Shown one piece after another: positions 8,634 through 15,227 of a DNA stretch of 23,993 bases. Numbering within the stretch: the first letter of the stretch is position 1; each line of letters starts with the position of its first letter. The notes under the pieces were generated by a model. It was not told the origin of the DNA. It saw only the letters and a program-made list of their open reading frames with translations, and searched no databases. Made by a program: the position numbers and the translations under genes. Source of the stretch: an uncultured virus (IMG/VR IMGVR_UViG_3300037517_002797) (taxonomy: Duplodnaviria > Heunggongvirae > Uroviricota > Caudoviricetes); IMG/VR virus record IMGVR_UViG_3300037517_002797; one strand, 5' to 3'.

Positions 8634-8663
8634 AGCCCGGCGCTCATCGCGACCGGGCTTTTT
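8634..8663 (+). terminator. Intrinsic terminator
   Basis: agcccgg...ccgggct followed by tttt. Confidence 0.8.
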
Positions 8664-8674
8664 CGCGTCCCGAA

Positions 8675-8899
8675 TTACATCGGGAACGCTCGCTTGATAT
8701 TCATCTCCGCGTACCACTCGTTCAGGCCCTTTATTTTTTCTTCAACCGCGCTCAGAATTTCCCCGATCTCTTCGCTCGAGAACTCTCCATCACGAACCAG
8801 TTCACGAACCAGCCCACCGTAAACCAGATCAGCTTCGCGATCCGCGCCTTCAATCGTTTCAACGATCTCACACGCCTTATCGTCTAATCTCTCGTCCAT
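8675..8899 (-). CDS. Hypothetical protein; paralog of 12378-12584
   Basis: MDER[LI]DDKA.EI.E..EG.D...VYG.LVRELV..G.F..EEIG.IL..VEEK shared. Confidence 0.85.
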   Translation of the reverse strand: MDERLDDKACEIVETIEGADREADLVYGGLVRELVRDGEFSSEEIGEILSAVEEKIKGLNEWYAEMNIKRAFPM

Positions 8900-8963
8900 C
8901 GTATTCCTTTCGTCGTAGTGATAGGATCATTATACGATCCGGAGTTTTCCCAGCACTGGCAGT

Positions 8964-9032
8964 CTACGGCTGATCGCGCAGCCAAACAGCTGCCATCAGC
9001 GTAAGCGCCGACAGTAGTACTAGCAAGTCCAC
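8964..9032 (-). CDS. Hydrophobic micro-peptide, 22 aa (MDLLVLLSALTLMAAVWLRDQP)
   Basis: Own motif plus AAAGGAG SD, GTG start. Confidence 0.55.
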   Translation of the reverse strand: MDLLVLLSALTLMAAVWLRDQP

Positions 9033-9076
9033 CCGCGCTCCTTTTTTCGTTGTGAGTACATTATACTTTCCCGATT

Positions 9077-9307
9077 TTAGCTTTCGGGAAGCATGTCGCA
9101 GAGCTCGTCGAGCTGGTTGTCGCGGCACATGCTGGCGAAGTCGGCTTCGGTAAAGTTGCTTGGGAAGTTGAGGGTGAATGTGATGAGGTTGTCGTCGGCG
9201 ATGTCGTACGTGAAGTTTGAAAATGTTAGGTCGTGTTCGGCGGCGGCGATAAATAGTGGCTCGAGTGCGCCGCGGTCGGAAGCGCTGGTGATTTGCATTG
9301 GTTTCAT
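9077..9307 (-). CDS. Hypothetical acidic protein
   Basis: ORF track; motif plus GAAAGG SD. Confidence 0.75.
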   Translation of the reverse strand: MKPMQITSASDRGALEPLFIAAAEHDLTFSNFTYDIADDNLITFTLNFPSNFTEADFASMCRDNQLDELCDMLPES

Positions 9308-9364
9308 GTTTTGTGCCTTTCGTCGTTGTGTAAGTTTATTATACTCTCCCGAGTTTTTGTCGCG

Positions 9365-9568
9365 TTACGCGACGCTCACCCAGACTGGTCGGGTATCGGG
9401 ACGGACGGCGTAGGCGACGAAGCGCCCAGCGATTGCGTGTTCGTGAAGTATTGCGCGCTGTTCGTGTGTGAGCAGGCTGAGAAGAAGGTGGTATGAGTCG
9501 TTATGAATAAGGGTGGCTGGTTTATCGGGATTCTGGATTAGTGATGAGTATTCGTTGGTCGATGTCAT
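9365..9568 (-). CDS. Leaderless hypothetical protein (MTSTNEY...)
   Basis: TATAAT-GATTAC-ATG. Confidence 0.7.
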   Translation of the reverse strand: MTSTNEYSSLIQNPDKPATLIHNDSYHLLLSLLTHEQRAILHEHAIAGRFVAYAVRPDTRPVWVSVA

Positions 9569-9612
9569 GTAATCATTATACAATCCCGAGTTTTGTACTC
9601 TTGTTGCCCGCG

Positions 9613-9798
9613 CTACGCATGCGCCGGCATCACGACAATCTGCTCGTCGTATCCCCAAACCGTCTTTCCTGACTCGAGCGTCATGTCAAAGCCTGGTTGA
9701 CCATTCTTGACATCCGCATACTTCCCAGTCACTACACCCGTACGGAGCACGCCGCCCCAGGTCTCGTAACTAATCGTGTCGCCTATTTTGTAATCCAT
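9613..9798 (-). CDS. Small SH3/Tudor-like beta protein; paralog of 14077-14271
   Basis: MDYK[IV]GDT..Y...G...GV.T.K...QPGF.MT...WG.D.QI shared. Confidence 0.82.
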   Translation of the reverse strand: MDYKIGDTISYETWGGVLRTGVVTGKYADVKNGQPGFDMTLESGKTVWGYDEQIVVMPAHA

Positions 9799-9841
9799 GT
9801 TTTGTCCTTTCGTTGTGAGATCATTTTACGATCCGGAGTTC

Positions 9842-10015
9842 CTACCCCAGCTCTTTCATCAACCGCGCAACCTCGACGGCAGTCAACTTCTCTTCACGCT
9901 TATACACCCGTACCAATTCTTCCATCGCTTCGTACGGGTCGCAGTGCGAGTACTCGTATTTAACCATCTCGAGAATGTCACTCGCCATTTGCTTGATGTC
10001 TTTTGTCGTTGTCAT
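9842..10015 (-). CDS. Leaderless hypothetical protein, 57 aa (MTTTKDIKQMASDILE...)
   Basis: Manual translation; TAGAAT-AAGACC-ATG. Confidence 0.72.
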   Translation of the reverse strand: MTTTKDIKQMASDILEMVKYEYSHCDPYEAMEELVRVYKREEKLTAVEVARLMKELG

Positions 10016-10033
10016 GGTCTTATTCTACTTTCC

Positions 10034-10294
10034 CTAGAGGTCCTCAAGCTCTTTCACGAAGCCGGCGATAACCCATTCTTCGTAATCTTCAACCGCGCGC
10101 TCGGTCGCATTGCCGATGATCCTCGCAAGGCCTTTCGCCGTGTCAACCCGCTTGCGCAGGTAGGCTAGGCGCTCGCCGTCATCTTCGTTCTCGATGCTTT
10201 CAATCCGCTTGAGGATTGATAGCACTTCGCCGCCGATAGCTGTCTCGAGCCAGGTTAGTTGGGTCAGTGTAAGTTCAACGCTGTACTTTTTCAT
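10034..10294 (-). CDS. Leaderless hypothetical protein
   Basis: ORF track; TAGAAT-GACGAC-ATG. Confidence 0.78.
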   Translation of the reverse strand: MKKYSVELTLTQLTWLETAIGGEVLSILKRIESIENEDDGERLAYLRKRVDTAKGLARIIGNATERAVEDYEEWVIAGFVKELEDL

Positions 10295-10327
10295 GTCGTC
10301 ATTCTACTTTCTTGAGTTTTAGAGTCT

Positions 10328-10498
10328 TCACCCGCGCCTTGGCGGGCACTCAAGTAATCGGTTGATTACCTGAGACATCATCTGCTTCGTGAGAGCTGGG
10401 TCTTCAGCTGTCCGCAACAGCCACATGTTGTTTACTTCCCGCTCGAGTAGCAGCCGCTTTACCAGCTGCCTCTGCGCTGTCGTTGGTCCGTATTCCAT
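10328..10498 (-). CDS. Leaderless hypothetical protein, 56 aa (MEYGPTTAQRQLVKRLLLERE...)
   Basis: Manual translation; TAGAAT-GGTGAC-ATG. Confidence 0.72.
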   Translation of the reverse strand: MEYGPTTAQRQLVKRLLLEREVNNMWLLRTAEDPALTKQMMSQVINRLLECPPRRG

Positions 10499-10521
10499 GT
10501 CACCATTCTACTTTCCTGAGT

Positions 10522-10752
10522 TCAGTCCCAGCGGGACGGTGGACTGTAGTCCTTGCTCACCGTCTTGCTGCATTGCGGGCATTCCGCCTCCACATCATCG
10601 CAACCGCGCTCGTCAACCGTGACATCTGATTCAGTCCACTCGTGATCGCAGTCACTGCAGAAGAAGTCCATGTCTACTTCAATGTCGTTGTACCCCGGGA
10701 GGTCTCTTTCATAGCAACCCGGTGGTAAGTTGAATCCTGATCCAAAGCCCAT
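10522..10752 (-). CDS. Zinc-ribbon protein
   Basis: FNLPPGC, CSDCDHEW...CPQCSK; motif plus AAGGAG SD. Confidence 0.8.
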   Translation of the reverse strand: MGFGSGFNLPPGCYERDLPGYNDIEVDMDFFCSDCDHEWTESDVTVDERGCDDVEAECPQCSKTVSKDYSPPSRWD

Positions 10753-10803
10753 TGTTCTCTCCTTGTGTCGTCGTGTATGAGATCATTATAGGTTCCGGAG
10801 AAC

Positions 10804-10953
10804 CTATTCGGCCCACCGCTTGCCTCGGCAGGCTTGCCGTGCGGCGATCCGCTTCTTGTTGGGGACTTGAGTCGCCCGCAGGATATTGCGGTCGGCAAAC
10901 GCCTGGCGGTCGCCTTCGGTCCATCGTGTATTTGGTTTGGTCGCTGTTTTCAT
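10804..10953 (-). CDS. Leaderless basic protein, 49 aa (MKTATKPNTRWTEGDRQAFAD...)
   Basis: Manual translation; TATAAT-GATCTC-ATG. Confidence 0.72.
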   Translation of the reverse strand: MKTATKPNTRWTEGDRQAFADRNILRATQVPNKKRIAARQACRGKRWAE

Positions 10954-10978
10954 GAGATCATTATACATTCCTGAGTTT
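10953..10978 (-). promoter_or_regulatory. Exemplar copy of the cassette promoter (AACTCAGGAATG TATAAT GATCTC A)
   Basis: Perfect TATAAT preceded by TG; no conserved -35 across copies; conserved CTCAGGA just upstream. Confidence 0.85.
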
Positions 10979-11213
10979 ACTGCGCCTCGATGTCCTGGCG
11001 CAGTACCCGCAACTTCATTGCGAAGATGAGGACATCGTCATCTTCTTTCAGCTGGTCGGTCGCTTTCTCAAGCTCGAGCGCAAACTCATCGCGGAAGATG
11101 AGTTCATACTCAAGACAGTAATTGGCCTCGTAGATCGCGTTGAACGTGTCATGGAGGTCAAGTTGGCCTTCGATGCGCTCGATGACATCGAGCTTGGTCT
11201 CTTTCGTGTTCAT
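10977..11213 (-). CDS. Hypothetical protein
   Basis: ORF track; start moved to the ATG after GAAAGGA. Confidence 0.75.
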   Translation of the reverse strand: MNTKETKLDVIERIEGQLDLHDTFNAIYEANYCLEYELIFRDEFALELEKATDQLKEDDDVLIFAMKLRVLRQDIEAQ

Positions 11214-11258
11214 GGGATTCCTTTCGCCGTGGTGTGATCTCATCTTACTTTCCAGAGT

Positions 11259-11378
11259 TTACCACCCTGTCCTTGCGTACCAGTAGTGGTAGTGGCGGGC
11301 GCTCTTGATCCCGCGTCGGATTCCGGCTTTCTTGGTCCAGAAGATTCCGATCTGCACTGCACCGATGAATCGTTTCAT
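11259..11378 (-). CDS. Basic peptide, 39 aa (MKRFIGAVQIGIFWTKKAGIRRGIKSARHYHYWYARTGW)
   Basis: Manual translation; motif plus SD; paralogs at 11679 and 11821. Confidence 0.75.
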   Translation of the reverse strand: MKRFIGAVQIGIFWTKKAGIRRGIKSARHYHYWYARTGW

Positions 11379-11428
11379 TTTGGGTCCTTTCGTCGTGGTG
11401 TACGAGATCATTATACATTCCTCAGAAC

Positions 11429-11653
11429 GCTGAGGACGCCACAGCGGAGGTAGCTAACCTCACCGCAAGTTCCCCGTCGGGCGTTGCGAACTTGAACCGT
11501 ATGTAAGAGGAGGGCGGATGTCGTGAGAGGAGGACGGATACCGTGGTCCCGGGAACCGCGTAGAGCCTTATCTTCTGAACAGAGCCTTATCATTCAGTGA
11601 CGTCTCGTTCGCAACCTTGCGGCTGCTATGATGTCCTCAACGTGCTGAGGCAT
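11429..11653 (-). ncRNA. Putative structured ncRNA, family A copy 1 (~225 nt)
   Basis: Own promoter, no SD leader; collinear homology and covarying helices with 14322-14544. Confidence 0.8.
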
Positions 11654-11678
11654 GTACTCATTTTACTTTCCGGAGTTT

Positions 11679-11771
11679 CTACCACTTATGGAAGTTAGTG
11701 GCGGTGCGGAATCCGTGACGGATTCCATACGCACGGGAGCATGCGATGAACATTCTCAGTCTCAGAATCAT
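11679..11771 (-). CDS. Basic peptide, 30 aa (MILRLRMFIACSRAYGIRHGFRTATNFHKW)
   Basis: Manual translation; motif plus SD; GIRxG motif. Confidence 0.68.
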   Translation of the reverse strand: MILRLRMFIACSRAYGIRHGFRTATNFHKW

Positions 11772-11820
11772 TACTGGTCCTTTCGTCGTGGTGATGAGTT
11801 AATTATACTTTCCGGAGTTT

Positions 11821-11940
11821 CTACCACCGGGTCCTTGGAGCCCAGTAGTAGAAGTGGCGGCCCGTTTTGACGCCGGCGCGGATGCCGTTGGTACGTGCCA
11901 CCCCAATCCCAATCTTGATTGCGCGGATGATTGCTTTCAT
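11821..11940 (-). CDS. Basic peptide, 39 aa (MKAIIRAIKIGIGVARTNGIRAGVKTGRHFYYWAPRTRW)
   Basis: Manual translation; motif plus SD; paralog of 11259. Confidence 0.75.
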   Translation of the reverse strand: MKAIIRAIKIGIGVARTNGIRAGVKTGRHFYYWAPRTRW

Positions 11941-12000
11941 TTCGTGTCCCTTCGTCGTGGTGATGAGTACATTTTACTTTCCCGAGATTACGTGCCGCCC

Positions 12001-12159
12001 TTATCGGGCGGCCACGCGGACCTCGAGATCCTGCCGGACTTGGGGAGCCTGCGCCACCCAGAACTTGTTGCAGTTTTCACGTGAACCTGAGAACCTGATC
12101 AACTTGAACTTGCGATCATAAACCTCGTGGGCTCGGGTTGATGGCTTGGTCGTTTTCAT
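12001..12159 (-). CDS. Hypothetical protein, 52 aa; paralog of 6257-6406
   Basis: MKTTKPSTRAHEVYDRKFKLIRFSGSRENCNKFWVAQAPQVRQDLEVRVAAR. Confidence 0.8.
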   Translation of the reverse strand: MKTTKPSTRAHEVYDRKFKLIRFSGSRENCNKFWVAQAPQVRQDLEVRVAAR

Positions 12160-12207
12160 CTTTCGTCCTTTCGTCGTAGGTATGAGATCATTATACTTTC
12201 CTGAGTT

Positions 12208-12324
12208 TTAGTTGGATTGCTCCCACAGGTGAAGATCGGCGTTCTCTGGCGCTGGACAGGGTACGTCGTAATCCATCCAATCTTGATACGTGAATCCGCA
12301 TTTACAGGTTTGATCTGAATCCAT
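12208..12324 (-). CDS. Small Cys/His protein (MDSDQTCKCG...)
   Basis: Start after GAAAGGAC. Confidence 0.68.
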   Translation of the reverse strand: MDSDQTCKCGFTYQDWMDYDVPCPAPENADLHLWEQSN

Positions 12325-12377
12325 ATTCAGTCCTTTCGTCGTTTGAACTTGTGAGATCATTATACTTTCCTGAGTTT

Positions 12378-12584
12378 TTACATCCCCATCTTCTCGTACC
12401 ACTCACTCAGGATCTTGACCTTTTCTTCCACCTCGTTCAAGATCATTCCGATCTCTTCGTTCGTGAATTTTCCTTCTTGAACCAGTTCACGAACTAACTC
12501 GCCGTAAACTTGATTCACGTCAAGATCTGATCCTTCCATGATCTCGCAGATCTCGCTCGCTTTATCGTCTATTCTTTCGTCCAT
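12378..12584 (-). CDS. Hypothetical protein; paralog of 8675-8899
   Basis: ORF track; alignment by eye. Confidence 0.85.
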   Translation of the reverse strand: MDERIDDKASEICEIMEGSDLDVNQVYGELVRELVQEGKFTNEEIGMILNEVEEKVKILSEWYEKMGM

Positions 12585-12633
12585 TATTTTCCCTTCGTCG
12601 TGGTTACGAGATCATTATACGATCCCGAGTTTT

Positions 12634-12699
12634 AGTACTGGGTGGATAACTCAGACGCCGCCCAGTGCGACGAGGTTAGAGCAGTGTTATCCAACTGCG
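12634..12699 (-). ncRNA. Putative small RNA cassette G (~65 nt)
   Basis: Own promoter, no usable ORF; two hairpins plus TGGATAAC/GTTATCCA complementarity. Confidence 0.5.
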
Positions 12700-12722
12700 A
12701 TGATCATTATAAGTTCCCGAGT

Positions 12723-12890
12723 TCAGTCAGCTAGTCGCATGGCCGCTTCCATTGCGTCTTCGTGGTCAGCGCCGCAGTCTACCGCCGCTTCATACTGGGC
12801 CTGCCGCCTAGGCGTTAGGGCCTCAAACTCAAGGCGGGCCTTTCGGACCTTCGGGTTACTTGCCTCTCCAAATGCTGTGATCGTCGTCAT
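12723..12890 (-). CDS. Leaderless hypothetical protein, 55 aa (MTTITAFGEASNPKVRKARLEFE...)
   Basis: Manual translation; TAAAGT-AGTGGC-ATG. Confidence 0.72.
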   Translation of the reverse strand: MTTITAFGEASNPKVRKARLEFEALTPRRQAQYEAAVDCGADHEDAMEAAMRLAD

Positions 12891-12914
12891 GCCACTACTT
12901 TACATTCCTGAGTT

Positions 12915-13094
12915 CAGCGACGGCGCGTGTCAGCCGGCGACCATTCCGGCCGATCACGCGTCTCGCTTGCGTGCTAGCGCGCACGACGAAGAACGCGCTA
13001 GCAACTGCCCGTCAACAGTTCTTGGGCCTATGGCAGGCCGGGCCGCTCGAAAGCGTGCCCGTCATGCCTTTGCGGCCCTATGGCAGGCCGGGAC
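12915..13094. other. Structured intergenic element with direct repeat
   Basis: Several long inverted repeats; cctatggcaggccggg occurs twice. Confidence 0.6.
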
Positions 13095-13226
13095 TTATTC
13101 CCAGTCGCCATCATCATCGTCATACGACGGCTCGGCGTAGTAGTCCGCATAGCGGTCTTCCTGCGCCTTGATGATGCTTGCCTCTTCGTTCCAGTGAGCA
13201 TAGTCACTGATGCTTGGGTTGGTCAT
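13095..13226 (-). CDS. Acidic protein, 43 aa (MTNPSISDYAHWNEEA...DDDDGDWE)
   Basis: Manual translation; motif plus GAAGGGAC SD. Confidence 0.72.
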   Translation of the reverse strand: MTNPSISDYAHWNEEASIIKAQEDRYADYYAEPSYDDDDGDWE

Positions 13227-13293
13227 TGCTTGGTCCCTTCGTTGTTCGTTGATGAGATCATTATAGGATCCTGAGATCCCGTCAGCCGAAGCC

Positions 13294-13527
13294 TTACGAC
13301 TGGGACCCGTAGGCCCAGCCGTAAGTTGCTTTGTAGAAGTCTTCCATCCAGGCCAGTGCGCCCTTCTTGGTGTTCTTCGGGCACCCGTATTCCTGTGCCA
13401 CTCTGATCAATGAGACCCCCCGTACATATTTCATGCCCGTTTTGATCTCGAGGCGTAGCCCGCCGATCAGTAGGCACATTCGGTAGTGCTCGATGCCTTC
13501 CTGCGTGTCAATTGCCATTATTGTCAT
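13294..13527 (-). CDS. Hypothetical protein
   Basis: ORF track; motif plus SD. Confidence 0.78.
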   Translation of the reverse strand: MTIMAIDTQEGIEHYRMCLLIGGLRLEIKTGMKYVRGVSLIRVAQEYGCPKNTKKGALAWMEDFYKATYGWAYGSQS

Positions 13528-13577
13528 TGCTTGTCCTTTCGTCGTAGGTTGATGAGATTATTTTACAATCCTGAGAA

Positions 13578-13823
13578 TTAGCAGACCCAGTTGACCGCAA
13601 TTACTGATGACTTGAAGTCATAGTCATGACTAATTTTAGCCGAGACCATGTTCCAAAAGTCTTCTGCTTGGACTTCAGGTCCATCAACAATTTCAATCTC
13701 GGGACCAAACCAACCCGCAAAAGCTGCAGCTGGCTCGAAGTCAAATCCGACAATTTTTCCGTACTTTACTCGAGCGACAAAGCTTCCAGGAATATCTACT
13801 CGTGTCATTTCATCTTGGTCCAT
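13578..13823 (-). CDS. Hypothetical protein
   Basis: ORF track; motif plus SD. Confidence 0.78.
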   Translation of the reverse strand: MDQDEMTRVDIPGSFVARVKYGKIVGFDFEPAAAFAGWFGPEIEIVDGPEVQAEDFWNMVSAKISHDYDFKSSVIAVNWVC

Positions 13824-13862
13824 TGTTGTCCTTTCGTCGTTGGTGAGTACATTATACGTTCC

Positions 13863-14030
13863 CTAGATCGAGATCCAGAGAACGTAGCCAGAGTCATTGG
13901 TCTTGTTGTGGTGTGCGCATGCTTCCACCATCTCACGAGCGCGCTCGAGCGTGAGGCCAGTTCGGTAGACTTCGCTACCACCCGCATCGCCGATCATGAC
14001 CGTGTATGTCTGTTCCTGTGTGGCTTTCAT
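13863..14030 (-). CDS. Hypothetical protein (MKATQEQTYTV...)
   Basis: Start after GAAGGGAC. Confidence 0.72.
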   Translation of the reverse strand: MKATQEQTYTVMIGDAGGSEVYRTGLTLERAREMVEACAHHNKTNDSGYVLWISI

Positions 14031-14076
14031 GTGATGTCCCTTCGTCGTTGTTGAGCTCATTGTACAGTCCTGAGTT

Positions 14077-14271
14077 TTACACTTCGGCTGGGCGAACCTC
14101 AAGAATCTGTGAGTCCAGTCCCCAAAAGCCACTACCGACTTCTGTGGTCATTACAAAGCCTGGCTGACAGCCGTGGCCGACAATTGCATGCTTTGCTGTT
14201 ATGACACCTATCTTAACTCGTGTGCTTCCAAATGGTGAGTACACGACCGTGTCCCCTACTTTATAGTCCAT
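14077..14271 (-). CDS. Small SH3/Tudor-like beta protein; paralog of 9613-9798
   Basis: ORF track; alignment by eye. Confidence 0.82.
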   Translation of the reverse strand: MDYKVGDTVVYSPFGSTRVKIGVITAKHAIVGHGCQPGFVMTTEVGSGFWGLDSQILEVRPAEV

Positions 14272-14321
14272 GCGTTTTGTCCCTTCGTCGTTGGTGTGAG
14301 ATCATTATATGTTCCTCAGTT

Positions 14322-14544
14322 CGCCGGGAAGCAACATAGCTGGAGGAGCTACCTCCCTACCCTTCGCCCGTCGGCGGCCTTGAACGATACAACGTGTGCG
14401 AGAAGTGGACGGATAACTAAGAGGAGGACGGATGGTCAATCCCGGGATTGATCAGAGCCTTATCGTTATGCAGAGCCTTAACTTGCAGGGACGGGTCGTT
14501 CGCAACCAGGTAGTTGCTATGTTGTTTCCCGGCGTACCGGGTAT
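14322..14544 (-). ncRNA. Putative structured ncRNA, family A copy 2 (~223 nt)
   Basis: Own promoter; 18-bp terminal helix; homologous to 11429-11653. Confidence 0.8.
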
Positions 14545-14570
14545 GCTATCATTCTACATTCCGTAGTTTG

Positions 14571-14642
14571 ATGAGCGCCCTGGAACTTTTACCCTGGGCC
14601 AGGGCCTTCCATAATCGGAAGGTGTGGGTCGTTCCAACCCGC
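14571..14642 (-). ncRNA. Putative small RNA cassette D (~72 nt, three hairpins)
   Basis: Own promoter, no SD; GGGTTG/CGACCC, CCTTCC/GGAAGG, GCCCTGG/CCAGGGC. Confidence 0.55.
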
Positions 14643-14646
14643 GAGA

Positions 14647-14769
14647 CTATTTTACTTTCCTGAGATTCAGGTAGATCATTGTGAGAACCGCAAGGCTCGC
14701 TCCAATTATCATGAAGCTTACGCTATCAATGAACTCTCCTGAGATAACAATGTCTTGAGCTGCTAACAC
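14647..14769 (-). CDS. Small membrane protein, 40 aa
   Basis: GTG after GAAAGGAC; hydrophobic C-terminal half. Confidence 0.65.
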   Translation of the reverse strand: MLAAQDIVISGEFIDSVSFMIIGASLAVLTMIYLNLRKVK

Positions 14770-14816
14770 TTTGTGTCCTTTCGTCGTGATGAGATCATTA
14801 TACATTCCTGAGTTTG

Positions 14817-14957
14817 CTACTCCCAGGTTATCCACCCTTCAGGTGTCACGTAGGTTGGAAGGCCCATCTCCTTCAGGTCTTCCCAAGTGTAGCTGCCGCC
14901 TGACACTTTGTTGATGTGATTCACGTAGCCAATGTTGGCGAGTGCTTCGTCTGTCAT
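14817..14957 (-). CDS. Hypothetical protein, 46 aa (MTDEALANIGYVNHINK...)
   Basis: Manual translation; motif plus SD. Confidence 0.72.
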   Translation of the reverse strand: MTDEALANIGYVNHINKVSGGSYTWEDLKEMGLPTYVTPEGWITWE

Positions 14958-14993
14958 TGCTGTCCTTTCATCGTGGTCGGTTGTACGAGACCA

Positions 14994-15185
14994 TTATAAG
15001 TTCCGGAGTTTGCGCTTCAACTCAGGAGAGACTTCATCTGTGATGAATGTCCCGATCTCGACAACAGTGTCGCTTTCGCCTGCGCGCTCGCGATCCGCAA
15101 GCCAGTCGGTGGCTGCTTGCTTGAGAGCAACCACGAGGCTGTAGTGCTCCGCATTGAACGTGACTTCAACTGTCTGTAGTTTCAT
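14994..15185 (-). CDS. Hypothetical protein
   Basis: ORF track; motif plus SD. Confidence 0.75.
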   Translation of the reverse strand: MKLQTVEVTFNAEHYSLVVALKQAATDWLADRERAGESDTVVEIGTFITDEVSPELKRKLRNL

Positions 15186-15227
15186 GTGTGTCCTTCCGTC
15201 GTGTGTTGAATCATTTTACGTTCCCGA

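Noticed and set aside
11411..11593. 60-aa ORF inside RNA A copy 1
   Set aside because: No SD, not preserved in copy 2, and conservation follows base pairing rather than codons.
12538..13140. 200-aa plus-strand ORF and similar antisense ORFs
   Set aside because: Run antisense across several promoter-defined cassettes, lack SD or motif, and have low-information sequence.
14322..14544. Retron msr-msd (terminal inverted repeats)
   Set aside because: No reverse transcriptase in the window and no long msd hairpin; cannot be fully excluded as a decoy without the rest of the genome.
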